From positions 2,728,001 through 2,792,000 of the forward strand of contig CM074812.1 in the NCBI GenBank assembly GCA_037447605.1: a DNA stretch of 64,000 nt. The letters run 5' to 3'. Source of the stretch: Zygnema circumcarinatum SAG 698-1b (taxonomy: Eukaryota > Plantae > Zygnematophyceae). The notes under the pieces are model-generated. The model ran no database searches, was not told the origin of the DNA, and saw only the letters and a list, made by a program, of their open reading frames with translations. The translations under genes were made by a program, and so were the position numbers. Of the stretch, positions 1-18,643 are shown piece after piece (position 1 is the stretch's first letter; every line of letters starts with the position of its first letter).

Positions 1-1121
1 CTCTCCATTGCTCTCTTCCTCTCTCTCTTTGTCTCTCCCTCTCTTTTTCTCCTCTTTCTCTCTCCCTCTCTCACTGTCCGTCTCTCCCTCTCTTCTCTTT
101 CCCTCTCCCTCTCCCTCTCCCTCTCCCTCTCCCTCGCCCTCTCCCCTTCTTATCCTCCCACTCTCCCCCCCTCTATCTGCCTCTCTGGTCGGGCCTCCTT
201 TAAGCGTACGTCGAGGCGTCGTCCAATGGCGTCCCTCCACGTGTGCAGTATTACTCCAATGGTTGCATCCACTTATTGCCAACCATTGCCAATTCGGACA
301 ACCATTGGTCTGCCAACCATTGCCCTTCAAGGTTGGTCAACCAACTGTTGCCGATCCCAAGGTCCGTCACGTGCTTCAAGAACTTGTAACAGTACTCAAG
401 TGTTTTTCAAAACCAGTACAAATACATCCTCTGTTTCTTTGGGCATTGAGGTACTTAATTCGATTATGAACCCTTGGCGTTTCGATCCGCGCACCTCCCC
501 CTGTGCAGCGCTGCAAAAGCGCGGGCCTCTGATTGGTCACTTTGGTATACGTGGCATGGTCTGAGGGAATCCACGTCATTGACATGAATTGGACCTACCG
601 ACATTACCGGTATTACCGACATTATCCACGATGAATCTACGGAACACTTCCGGGTCAAGCGCAGTCAAACTGATTCAAACTGATTTGGAAAGCTACGGGG
701 GAAGGATCCGACGGTTGCTAATGGTCGGTCCTTAGGGTGGTTGTTTGTACAAACTGAAAATCTTTTGAAGAATTAATGTTGTCCGAACGTCAAGATCTTA
801 TCAAGATCGGATTCTATTAGATGTTTCTGATACGATGGCGTCATCAGTTGATTGGATGGCGTCGTTTTCTGGCGTATGACGGCATCCATGTGCTCGCTGC
901 CAAGGGGCGTATCTTTAGAGATTCGAAGATTTATTTTGAAAGATTCGGACTGCACTGATGAGGGGAGCTCAATCTTGAAAAAATCTTTCTTTAAGCGATA
1001 GTGACCGACTTCGACTTGACTTGACTTGACTTGACCAGTTGGAATTTGTCTACCAAATCTAGGGCGTCCACGTAGGACGGACACGGACGGACATACGGAC
1101 ATAGGGATGGCCGTAAAATTA

Positions 1122-1322
1122 GGAGAATGATAGACCTTCCCCCCTTTTTGAATATCCCGTCCCCCTATTTTCGAGAAGAGGTGAGGGGACCGGGGGGGAG
1201 GGAATATCTCCTCCCGAAATAATATCCGAATCAGGGGGAGTTGATAGCCAAAAATGGAAGTGCGAAACGTCCCGAAAAGGGGGGTGGGATATCGAAAAAG
1301 GGAGGAGGGTCTATCATTCTCC
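1122..1322. mobile_element. MITE, about 200 bp, TA-flanked
   Basis: Terminal inverted repeats GGAGAATGATAGACC ... GGTCTATCATTCTCC, with TA on both sides. Confidence 0.75.
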
Positions 1323-1333
1323 TAATATTAATA

Positions 1334-1532
1334 GGGGGAGTCAGACCTCGACCATCGCCAAATCAATTTCGTAAGCCTGTCGGGCGAATTAAGATTGGCT
1401 AGGTACGCATTTCGGAACGGCTGTGTACGGCGGAGCCGCGGATCCCGACCCGAAATTCGTACACGAAAGAAGTGACTTTCAGTATAAGGAATTCGGGAAT
1501 TTCGTAAGCGTTGGTCAAGGTTTGACTCCCCC
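1334..1532. mobile_element. MITE family A, about 200 bp, TA TSD
   Basis: TIR GGGGGAGTCAGACCTCGACCA ... TGGTCAAGGTTTGACTCCCCC, flanked by TA. The internal sequence is highly similar to the copies at 29328-29521 and 53421-53577. Confidence 0.8.
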
Positions 1533-2999
1533 TATTGTCTTCTTTTGAATTAACCAGAAAACAAAGAACAAAAAATTATGGTCGATTTAAAATTAGGGAA
1601 TTACTATTCACACACCTCTTTTGTCTATATACACACCTTTGAGACAAGGAAAGAGGGAGGAGTTTTTAGGGTTTTTTTGTGCATCTGCCCCGAGGTAATA
1701 GCGGAGGAGTTCTGCAAACTGAAACTGTGCATGGGACCGTTCAGATTTACAGATAGTTTTTTGCTTAACCTCAGGGCCACAAGAAAACCACGAGGAATTG
1801 ACTCGCTGCCCCAGACCTTAATAACCCTAAAACCTAGAACGCTAATACCCTAAACCCTTAAACCCTACTAAGTGAAGTCGACAAAACCGCACTAATCAGT
1901 AAGAAGAACAGAGAGAGAGAAACTAATAGACAGATAGATATCTTCTATTTCATTCTCTATCTCTATTCTATCTCTATTCATCTCTATAAAGATGTTTTTT
2001 TTTTAATGCTTCCAGCAAGCAAGCACGCAAGCACTCCCACATCCAAACCATCCAATAGTCAAACGAATCAAATCAATCCTTCATTCAAAGCTTTACAAGA
2101 CTCGCATTTTCCAATGAGTGTTCTTTACATGGACGGCTTCAAGAGAGCTGAAAAAAAAAAAAGGGGACAAAAAAAACATCAAACCCCCCATAATTTGCTT
2201 TTAGTCAAGGACTCCTGAATCCGATAAAAAGAGGACCTTAAAACCCCTCACCTTTCCGGGAAGTTCCAAAATAATGCCAAATCTAGCCCTCTCCCTCTCC
2301 CTCTCCCTCCCCTACTCTCTCTCTCTCTCCCCCTCTCCCTCTCCCTCTCCCTCTCCCTCTCCCTCTCCCTTTCCCTTTCCCTCTTTGTCTGTCTCCCTCG
2401 ACCTCTCGTTCTCCCTCTCCCTCTCCCTTTCCCTCTTTGTCGCTCTCTCTCTCCCCCCCTCTCCCTCTCCCTCTCCCTCTCCCTCTCCCTCTCACTCTCC
2501 CTCTCCCTCTCCCTCTCCCTTTCCCTCTTTGATAGAAACAACCACTCTCCCCCCTCTCCCTCTACACTCTCCTCTCCCTCTCCCTCTCCCTTTCCACTCC
2601 TTTTGTCTCTCTCCCTCGACATCTCTCTCACTCTCACTAGCTCTCCCTCTCTTTCCCCTCTCCTCCACTGCCCTCTCCCTCTCCTCTCCCTCTCCCTCTC
2701 CCTCTCCCTCTCCCTCTCCCTCTCCCTCTCCCTCTCCCTCTCCCTCTCCCTCTCCCTCTCCCTCTCCCTCTCCCTCTCCCTCTCCCTCTCCCTCTCCCTC
2801 TCCCTCCCTCTCCCTCTCCCTCTCCCTCCCTCTCCCTCTCCCTCTCCCTCTCCCTCTCCCTCTCCCTCTCCCTCTCCCTCTCCCTCTCCCTCTCCCTCTC
2901 CCTCTCCCTCTCTCCTCTCCCTCTCCCTCTCTCTCTCCCTCTCCCTCTCCCTCTCCCTCTCCCTCTCCCTCTCCCTCTCCCTCTCCCTCTCCCTCCCCC

Positions 3000-3147
3000 T
3001 CAAACCCCCTCTTTATGGAACTTAAAAATCGCATTTTCTACGGATTTCCGTCCAACTTTGCTTGGCCTCCGAGCCTTGGGGGTGAGCAGAACCCCCTTTT
3101 GTACCCCATCTCCATTATTCCCTTTTTCCCTCCTTAACTTGGTACTA

Positions 3148-3178
<31 letters not shown>

Positions 3179-3897
3179 TAATATTATTATTACTAATAAT
3201 AAAATTAGGGTTTGATTTACTCCGGGTCATCTCCTCCCTCCCTTCAATAAATAGATCCGGAGCTTCAGAATCTGTACCCCCCAAATCTTGCTCAAGAAAA
3301 GGAGATTTTCTACCCCCCCAAACGTCATTTGTACCCTCCGCGGACCCCCCCGAAAGCCCATTTATTTCCATGTTTGCGAGAACCCCATTCAATTGGGGTA
3401 CAAATGGGGTATAGCTGTCCCCTTCTCCCCTCTCCTTAGAAGCCTCCTTTCCAAATAGGCTCCAATTCTCGGATCCATTTGGGGAAACTTCCGCGAAGGA
3501 GCGGACGTACGGCGGTTCCATGGGGGCTGTTTCCTGTTCAGTTTTTAGTTCCGTAAAGCATTTCGGAGCATGGAAACTGTCCTCCGTTGAACGGAACTGA
3601 ACATGGGTTGAAAGCCTGCTCCACAAAGAAACTGACAATTTTAGGGTTCTTTTCACAGTCTAGGGTTTAAGGTTTTTTAGGGTTCAACTACTTGAGTTGC
3701 TGGGCTCGACTAGATTGGGGGGTAAGGGTATGGGTCTCTCTCCCCCTTTTCTCTCCCTCTCTCTCTCTCTCTCCCTTTCCCTCTTTGTCTCTCTCCCTCG
3801 ACCTCTCGTTCTCCCTCTCCACTCTTCACCTCTTCCCCACCACCTACCTCTCCCTCTGTCCCTCCCTCTCTCACCTCTCTCTCTTTCTCGCTCCTTT

Positions 3898-3940
<43 letters not shown>

Positions 3941-4276
3941 GGGGTTCAGGCTTATGCGAGGTAGCTCTTTTAGGGTAGGAGGGGCAGTTAGGGGATTTGG
4001 GGTTTAAAAAGGGCCATTTAGTTGAAACGAAAAACAAAAACAAAAAAACCAGCCGAAGACCTTTCGCCAAAGAGAACCAAATAAGTAAATAAATAACAAA
4101 CAGATAAATAAATAAGGGCTAAAAATGTCGATTTGTGTACTTAAATTAAAATTTGTAGAAAAAAAATAGAACCCACCGGCTGCTGAGGCCAATTTTGGGT
4201 CCTTCAAATGTTTGGAGTTCACGTGACGACAAATGGGTGTCCAGCGAGCGTTCGAGTCTCTTCGAGTTTGGGGTGT

Positions 4277-4320
<44 letters not shown>

Positions 4321-6270
4321 AGAGAGAGAGAGCGAGAGAGAGAGAGGGAGAGAGAGAGAGAGCGAGAGAGAGAGAGGGAGAGAGNNNNNNNNNNGGAGGG
4401 GATATAGCGAGGAGGGTGGAGAGGAGGGAGGGGATACAAAACAGGGAAAGGGAAATAAAGGGAAATATAGTGGGGAGAGAGAGGAAGGGACACAAAGAGA
4501 GGTGAAGAATGTGTGGACAGAGAGGAAACGGAGAGAGAAAAAGACAAGGGGGAAAGTGTGAACGGGAGAGGGGAGGGAGAGAGGGGGGGAAACAGCGAGA
4601 GAGGGAGAGCGAGGGATGAGTTAGAAAGTGCAAGAGGGAGAAGGAAACAGAAAGAGCAAGAACAGAGGGAGTGGGCAGGGAAAGTGGCAAGGGAGCGAGA
4701 GGGGTCGGAGAGAGGGGGGTGCGGTGAGAGGGCGAAAAGGGAGAGAATGTGAGAGGTGGGTGGAAAGTGATGAAAGTGAGAGAGACAGGAAGTTAGACGT
4801 GAGCGAAGAAGAGAAGAGAGAGGCCAAGGGATGGAAAAGATAGAGACAGGAAAAAACAGAGAGAGAGTGAGAGAGAGAGATTGGAAAGGAGTGTTGGGAA
4901 GGGAGGGAGAGCGAGAGAGTGGACGAGGGAGAGATCGGAAGGGAGACTTGGAAAGGGAGAGCGACAGAGAGAGGAGGAGAGAGAGAGAAACCGTAATTGA
5001 GAACAGATGGAGAGAAAGAAAGAGAGTGCGAGAGAGAGAGAGAGAGAGAGAGAGAGTGTGCATATACCTGGCGAACCTTCAAGCCTTATTTCGTGTCTCG
5101 GCTTTTTATCGTCCACTTGTCGCTCTGCCATTGGTGGAAATTGTACCCCAAAAGCTCTCTCACTAGACGACGAATTTTCACGAGTCGATGGGAGCGTGCC
5201 ACTTGTCGAACCCTCATTGGTCAAACGACCGAAATTTTCTTCCCCATTCTCGAACCCCTCTTCCTTTGAGACCGGCGAAATTTTTTTTTCCTGCCCGACT
5301 AAGGATTGGAGGGCTTTCGCACATTTGCTCAACTCTTTGGCGAGCTCCTCAAAACGTTCTTTTTCTTCTGTGGTAAATTTTTTATCGTCGAAATTTTCGG
5401 GCAGGGAAGAGGGAGTGAGTGGAATAGAAGCTTCTCGGAGCCCGCGGTGAAAGCTATATTTAAATCGAACTGTAAGGAAAAAAAAGGGAGAGAGAGAGGG
5501 AGGGAGAGGGGGAGGGAGAAGGAGGAGAGGGAGAGAAAAAGAGAGGGAGAGGGAGGAGGAGCGGGAGAAAGAGAGGGAGGGAGAGGGAGGAGGAGAGGGA
5601 GAGAGAGAGGGAGGGAAAGGGAGGAGAGGTAGGGAGAGGGAGGAGGAGAGGGAGAGAGAGGGGGAGGCTTTCATTGTTTGTGTCATCCCAGTCATGATTA
5701 AACTTATTACATGCTAAAAGTAAGGTTCTTTTCCCTTTTTGGTGCCATAACCTCCGTAATATGGTTAAATTGCGATAATAAAACACATGACATGCATTCC
5801 TAACTATCAAAGCTGTGACTATCTTTCTATACTCTCTCTCTCTCTTCCTCTCTCTCCCCTGCTCTCTCTCCCCCCATTTCTCTCTCCCGCTCTCTCTCCC
5901 TCTCCCTCTCACTCTCTCTTTCTCTCTCTCTCTTTTTCTCTCTCTCTCTCTCTCCCTCTCTCCCTCTCTCTCTCTCTCCCATACCTTGCTTGAGCTCCTC
6001 CTCCATCTTCACCAATCTTTGAGTGTCTCTGTCATCTCCGATTCCAAGCTCCGCATATCCTTGTCCATGCCCATCATCATGGTCATGGCCATTGGCCTCG
6101 GCATGGGTATGGGTATGGGTATGGGTGGGGACATGGGTATGGGTGGGGACATGGGTATGGATAGGACTATGGGCATGGGGATAGAAATGGCTGAAAGCAT
6201 GGGCATGAATGTGGTCATCAGGGTTGTCCAGTTCCATCTCTCTGCGTTTGGGTGATCGAAGGTTCGCGGG
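3000..6270 (-). CDS. Uncharacterised multi-exon protein, 5' end not located; His-rich tract, coiled-coil-like segment and poly-Asn
   Basis: Four exons with AG/GT boundaries and matching phases: 6270-5985 (PANLRSPKRREMELDNPDDHIHAH...EEELKQ), 5469-5068 (VRFKYSF...RFEELAKELSKCAKALQSL...LEGSP), 4276-4177 (DTPNSKRLERSLDTH...), 3615-3000 (LSTHVQFRS...KSVENAIFKFHKEGV*). No family recognised. Confidence 0.65.
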
Positions 6271-7749
6271 CTGTACAAGGCAACAGGAGGAGAGGAGAGA
6301 GTGGTGAGAGGGAGGGGGAGGGGGAGGCAGAGTGGAAGAGGGAGGAAAAGGAGAGAGAGGGGAGGGAGAGAGAGAGGGAGGAAGAGGGAGGAAGAGGGAG
6401 GAAGAGGGAGGAAGAGGGAGGGGGGAGAGGGAGAGGGGAAATAAGGGAGACAGAAAGAGAGGGCGAGAGGGAGAGAGGGAGGGAGATAGAGAGGGAGGGA
6501 TAGGGAGGGAGATGCAAGGAGAGGAAAAGGGAGAGGGAGAAAGAGGGAGGGAGAGAAAGAGAGGGAGGACGATAGAGGATGGGATAGAAAGGGAGAAACA
6601 AGGAGTGGGGATAGAGAGAGGGAGGAAGATGGGAGGAAGAGGAAGAAAGGTAGAAGAGAGGGAGAGGAAGATGAGTGAGAGAGAGAAATAGAGATAGAGA
6701 GAGAGATAGAGAGATAGAAGATAGAGCGAGATAGAGATAGAGAGAGATAGAGATAGAGAGAAAAGAGAGAGAGAGAGAGATTCTATGGAGTGTGGGGAAT
6801 CAACTATTACAAATGTAAATTCATTCCAAGCTTTCTCTTGAGACGGAAAATATGTTTACTGGCAATTCTTGATGTTGTTCAGCATGCAATATTTTCGTAC
6901 ATTTGATAAAGACATTGTACTTTTGATAAAGTGTATGTCAATTTGATAAAGTTACCATTCATGCATCACTTACAGGTGAAGAAAAAATGTGAAGATTCTC
7001 CGCTTGAAGCAGGCGGAGACTTCAATACTGCGATCCCAGAATCAGGGTTTAGAGTTTAGGGTTTAGGTTTTAGAATGTAGGGTTTAAAATTAACCATTTT
7101 GGGTTTTTAGGGTTTAAAGTTTATGGCTTGACGTTTTAGGCGTTAGGGTTACAATGTTCAAGTTTTTACGGTTTGCGGTTCCGAACATAGGGGTCTAGGG
7201 TTGGAGGGGTTTAGGGTTCAGCGATCAGGACTTTAGGGTTTGAGAACTTAGAGTCGAAGGGTTCAAGAATAGGTTTATTAAAATTTAAAACTGAGGGCTG
7301 AGGGCTTTTTAAACAAAAAATATTTTTTAAACCAAAATAAAAAGTAACGTGTTTAGGGTTTAAGGAGTATTAGGGTTAGGGTTCAGGGCTTGTACGTCGG
7401 CACTGAGGGCAAGAGGCGAGGGTTCAGCGCTGAGCTGGGACTGAGGATAGGAGATAGGAGGAGAGGAAAGAAGGGAGAGAGAGAGAGAGAGGCGAGAGAG
7501 AAGGGGAGAGAGAGGGAGAGAGAGAAGGGAGAGGGAGGGAGAGAGAGAAGGGAGAGAGAGAGAGTGGGAGAGAGAAAAGGGGGGAGAGAGAAGGGGAAAG
7601 GGAGGGAGGAGGAGAGAGGCAGAGAGAGAGTGGAGAGAGAGGCAGAGAGAGAGAGTGGAGAGAGACAGAGAGAGAGAGAGAAGGGGAAAGGGAGGGAGGG
7701 GGAGAGAGGCAGAGAGGAGGGAGAGAGAGGTGGGATAGAGAGCCTACTG

Positions 7750-8275
7750 GCAATATTAAACGATATATCGTGAATCCGTGGGGATACTGAACCGAGTATC
7801 GTCCCATATCGGAATGTACGGAGTGTACGAAGGCTCCAAGGGGGATATTTTGGCCACAGGCGACAGCTGGCGGGTCAAAGCCGAGCTCCGTCCGTACAGT
7901 CGATAACATACCGGTCGATATCGAGATATATGCGCTCCCTAAAGTTAACAGTCGTCTCCAAAGTGAAGATTATTGAAACAAAATGTCATGGTGACTTTAT
8001 AGAGGTTATCATTTTTTATCTGCCTCATTGTGATGAACCCAGTATTGTCAGTACGATACAATATTGTCCGACTCGATATAATCGATATATTTTGACGATA
8101 CGATACCGGTGATACGATATTATACGATACAATATAAATGCGATAAGCTATTAACGATACGATATTTCTCAAGACCTGAAGATATACGCGATATGATTTT
8201 CAACGATACCTGCGATACGATAATAGCGATACGTTTTCTGTCAATACGATACGGTAAGATACGATATTGTCCTGA
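7750..8275. mobile_element. CGATAC-rich dispersed repeat, probably a non-autonomous DNA transposon remnant
   Basis: Dense CGATA/CGATAC motifs. Similar motif-rich tracts occur at about 41245-41340, 47110-47150, 47800-47960 and 54070-54105. Termini not defined. Confidence 0.4.
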
Positions 8276-9049
8276 CGGAAAAGTAGGAGGCTACGATAGG
8301 CTGACGGGCAACGGCCCGAAACGCGCTTTTGGTTGTGTTGCTGATGTGGCGTAAATCAGCCAATATAAATACGCCACGTGGTACATATCTTACGTGACGT
8401 AAACCAGCCACGTGGCACAAATGCGTACGTGGCGTACCGCCATTGGAGGAGTTCTGGGTTAAATACCTCGCTATCGGCAACAGCTGGTCCCTCCTCGCAA
8501 CGCCCCTTTGGGAGAGGGGTGGGGGAGGAGAGGGAGAGGGAGAGGGGGAGGGGGAGAGGGAGAGGGAGAGGGAGAGGGAGAGAGGGAGAGAGATTGAGAG
8601 GGAGAGAGGGAGAGAGGGAGAGAGGGAGAGAGGGAGAGAGGGAGAGAGAGTGAGAGAGGGAGGGAGAGAGGGGAGGCGGAGAGGGAGATAGAGAGAGAAA
8701 AGGGGAGGGAGGGGGAGAGCGGGAGGGAGAAGGAGGTGGGCGAGAGAGAGAACGGGAGGGAGAGATTGAGGGAAAGGGAGAGACAGAAAGAGAGAGGGAG
8801 AGGGAGAAGGAAACCCCTTGCCATTCCCTTGACCCTACCCTCTCGAGCCCCGCTCCCATCATTTGCCTGCTCACCCTCCCTCCCCACAGAACCCACATTG
8901 CTAATCCTAACTCCCCTCCCTAAAAAAATAATTAAGGGAGGCCGTGGGGGAGGGAACATCAGGGATTACCCAATTGTAAAAACCACCAATGCAGTAAAAA
9001 CCCATATTGCTAAATACCCAAAGGACCCCTTTTTTGTGTCCGAAATTAA

Positions 9050-9245
9050 CCCCAAAAATAACTCCAAAGATAACCCCAAAAGTAGCCCCAACAAAGCCCC
9101 AAAATTAGTCCCAAAAATAGCCCCAAGGTCAGCCCCAAAATTAGCACCAAAATTAGCCCCAACTTCGACCCAAAAGCAGCCCCAATATTAGCCCCAAAAT
9201 TAGCCCCAAAATCAGCCCCGAAATTCGCCCCAAAATTAGTCCCAG
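9050..9245. repeat. Degenerate 12-bp minisatellite (GCCCCAAAATTA)n
   Basis: Repeated AGCCCCAAAATT-like units; these explain the periodic APKL / GANF ORF translations. Confidence 0.7.
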
Positions 9246-9284
9246 AATGCCCTTCTTCCCCCCGCTCGCCCCTTCCCAGGCCCT

Positions 9285-9474
9285 CTATTTGGGCCTCCTC
9301 AAGTGCGGCGGAGCGGCACTGCTCGACGCCGCCATAAACTTTGGGACCGCATGCGCCGCCTTTCGTGGAAAAGACAAAATTTCTGTTTGGAACATTTCGG
9401 CGAACTCGCTGGCAGGGGCGGCGGCGATTGTCGTCTTGCTGGAGGGGGTGCTGACGTGGCTCATTGACGGCGTG
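9285..9474 (-). CDS. Possible terminal exon of an unidentified gene
   Basis: A pyrimidine tract and CAG acceptor are followed by a complex, non-microsatellite open frame TPSMSHVSTPSSKTTIAAAPASEFAEMFQTEILSFPRKAAHAVPKFMAASSSAAPPHLRRPK*. Upstream exons are not established. Confidence 0.3.
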
Positions 9475-12438
9475 CTGACAAGGTGGGAGGGAGAGGGGGA
9501 GGGAGAGGGGGGAGGGAAGGANNNNNNNNNNGAGGGGGAGGAGGAGAGGGTAGGGGAATGGGGGGAAGGGAGGAGGGAGGAGGAGGGGAAGGGAGAGCGA
9601 AGAGGAGGGAGGGAAGGAAGGGGAGGGAGGGAGGGAGGGAAGAAAGGGGAGGGGGGAGAGAGAGGAGGGAGAGGAGGAGAGGGTAGGGGAGGAGGGGGAG
9701 GGGGGGGGAGTGGGAAAAGGAGGGAAGGGGGGAAGGGGAGTGGGGGAGGGAGGGAAGAACGGGGGCTGAGGGAAGGAGGCGAGCTGGGTATGGGAAGGGA
9801 GAAACGAGGGAGGAGGGACGGGGAGAGAGTGAGGAGGGGGGAAGGTAGAGGGAGGGAGGGTGGAAGGGGGGGGGTGTAGGCGGAGGGGGGGAGGAGGTGG
9901 TTGGAAATTGGGAGGGACGGAGGGAGATGAGTTGGGGTAGGAGAGGAATGTGAACAAACAGGGGTGGGAGAGCAGAGGAGTGGCTGGATAGGTTGTGGAG
10001 TGCGGGATGAAGTAGGCAGGGGAAGGCAGAATGGGGGGATTAGAAGACGGAAGGGTGTGGACAAGGTGAGGGTGGCAAAAGGGGTAGGAGGGGAGGGGAG
10101 AGAGGGAGAGGGAGGGAGAGAGGGAGAGGGAGAGGGGATGAAACTGGGAGTGGGAGTTTGCATTTGATTATTCAATCTTCTCGCCTCCTCTTGTCTATGT
10201 TGTCCAACTCCTCAAATTGTCTCCTTGCCTTACTTCATCCTCCCTCTCCCACCCTCTCCTTTTCTCCCACTGTCTTTCTGTTCCTTATACACTCTCGCAA
10301 TTTTTCTTTTCTACACCTCTCCGGCTCTCTCCTTTTCTCCCGTTCTTCTTTCCCCGGTTCCTCTCTTTTCTCTCACTATCTTTTCCTTTTTGTGCCTTTT
10401 CTGTCTGCTCCCCCTTCCCGCGCCTCCCTCCCCACCTCTCTCCTCCTCCCCCTCTCCTCTCCTCCCCCTCCCNNNNNNNNNNCTCTCCCTCTCCCTCTCC
10501 CTCCCTCTCCCTCTCCCTCTCCCAGGTCCGATGTTAGACGAGGCTTGCAAGAGCCCATCATAGGATGGGGCCCTCCCTCGTCAGGCCTCCTCGGTCTGTG
10601 GCTCTCCCATGGCGACTTCGACTTTTGGTTTACCTCCAAAAACCAAACCGCTCGAGTTTCTCTTTTTTTCTTCTCTTTACTTCGCGGTTTCGTGTTCTCC
10701 ATTTTCGCTTTTTGTATTTTTTGGCCTCTGTCGTTGGCGTATCTCCTCCCCACGTTTGGGAATTCAACGGTCGAGATTAAAGGGTGGGCCCCTGAGATTT
10801 TTTTAGCGATTTTTGGAGGGGTGGTTGGGGGGTGCCTCACCCCTCTAGTGACGCTTTTGGCGCTAAGTGAAGCGGGAAGAAGGAGAGAAGGGACCCCCGA
10901 AACTAGGGTTTTGGAGAGTCCAAACTTGGAGAGGGGGGGGGAGGGGAGGGAGGGAGGGGGATAGCCAGTTAAATAATTAAAATTCTGAAGTTGAACTTAG
11001 AATTGAATTCTTACATTGAACTTGAGCTTGAAATTGACATTGAGATTAAAATTTTAATCTTTCAGCGTTTTAAGGGTTTGTAGGGTTCAGAGTTTGTCAG
11101 GGTTCAGAAAGTGGTTGGGCTTGTTGATTAAGTACACATGTAAGGGACAAAGTTTATCTCTATCAAAAATATATGTGATCTGGCAATCTATCCTGGTTTT
11201 CGCCCTCTTTCTCCCCTCCCTCGTTCTCCTCTCTCCCTCTCTCTCCTCTTTCCCCCATCTCTCCTCACTCTCTCGTTTTCCCCCCCCCCCCTCTCCCTCT
11301 CCCATCTCCCTTACTCCCGCCTCTCCTTCTCTCAAAAAAGTTGTGTTAATAGTAAATTCCTTTTCGAAATCATGTGTGCCACTAAATCTCTCGTTCAGCG
11401 GAACATCTTCAAATGTTGCATTGAAGACACATCTCGCAATTTTCGTCGTCTTCGAACATCCTCTTCTTCGTCGTTACTCAAATGTTGTATTTCTAAAGCT
11501 TCTTCAAAACGAGCATTATTCATAGAACTGCGTTTCCAGTTCTCCAAACGCGTGCTCGAACTGGGCACGTTTCAGAGCATGGAGCGGCAGCCGCCTCTGA
11601 CGCAGGAACACGGGAAATCAGGGTTAGGGCTTGCCGGGCATCTCCTCTCCCTCCCTCCCTCCGTCCCACTGTACCTCTCTCTCTCTCGCCCTCCCTCCCT
11701 CTGCCACTCATTCCCACTCTCTCCCTCCCTCCCTTCCTCTCATTCCCTCCCTCTCTACCTCGCTCTCTCTCTCCCTCCCTCCCTCTCCCTCCCTCTTTCC
11801 CACTCTCCTCCATCCCTGCCGCCCTCTCTCCCTCTCTCTCTCTCACTTATCTTTTTAGTCACCTTTGAACCCAAAATGTCACTCTACACCAAGAAAGAAC
11901 GAGCGATTAAAAAACAAACAATCACTGCTTTACCTCCACTTCTGTTGAACAGCAAGGTATCAAATTTTCCATTTTGACAATTAAAGAGAGAGGAGAAGGA
12001 CTGCACTGAATTCCCCCTTGCACTGACACCCTCCATGTTGCCCGCAAAACAATTTATACCACCACATTCTGCGCTGTCGTCCTCTCTCTCTCTCTTCCTC
12101 CCTATCTCCCTCTCGTGTTCTCTCTCTCTCCCTTCCTCTCTCCCTCTGTCTCTCTATACCTCACTCTACCTTGCCCTACAAGCTCTCTCTTTCACCCAAA
12201 GACATGAGATTCCAAACTACGTGAACTCCCCCTCTCCCTGCTCCCTCCCTCCTCCCTCCCTCCCTCTCCCTTTCTTTCCTCACTTCTCCCTCTCCCTCCC
12301 ACCTCTCCCCAAACCTCCCCCCTCTGCCTCTTTCCTTTGTCCCCTTTCTCCCTCCTTCCATCTCCCCCCCTTTTTTTATTTTCTCCCTCCCCCTCTATTT
12401 TTCCCTGCTCTAACACCAATATAAAAAATTAGGGTTTC

Positions 12439-18377
<5,939 letters not shown>

Positions 18378-18581
18378 CGCTGGTGTAGGATTTAGGGTTC
18401 AGGGTTGAGGGTTTAGGGTTCAGGGTTCAATAGAGGTTCTGCCATTCCGTGCTATGAAGAAAGAAATCGACGGTTCAGGATCACAATTGAAATTGTTCAA
18501 ATTTATTGGCTTGAAAGTTCTCTGAAGTTTATTGAGGTTCGATCTTGGGCTTTTGCTTTTTCTCTATCTCCCACTCGCACA

Positions 18582-18643
<62 letters not shown>

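Noticed and set aside
226-660. CCAACCATTG / CCAATGGTTG motif-rich segment resembling 40670-40800
   Set aside because: Similarity is limited to short shared motifs; I could not define ends or align the two, so it is not called as an element.
2248-3137. Long ORFs of ERERER / SPSPSP / LSLSLS type here and throughout the window (e.g. 14106-14858, 16150-17127, 37008-37427, 57516-58424)
   Set aside because: They are stop-free translations of GA/CT/GGGA microsatellites in introns or intergenic DNA, with no domain content or splice support.
8736-9245. APKL-repeat (+) and GANF-repeat (-) proteins
   Set aside because: Explained by a 12-bp CCCCAAAA-type minisatellite; no start or splice support.
11372-11977. 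201-aa plus-strand ORF
   Set aside because: The first half reads like the antisense of a charged coding-like sequence and the second half is CT microsatellite; kept only as part of the low-confidence minus-strand candidate.
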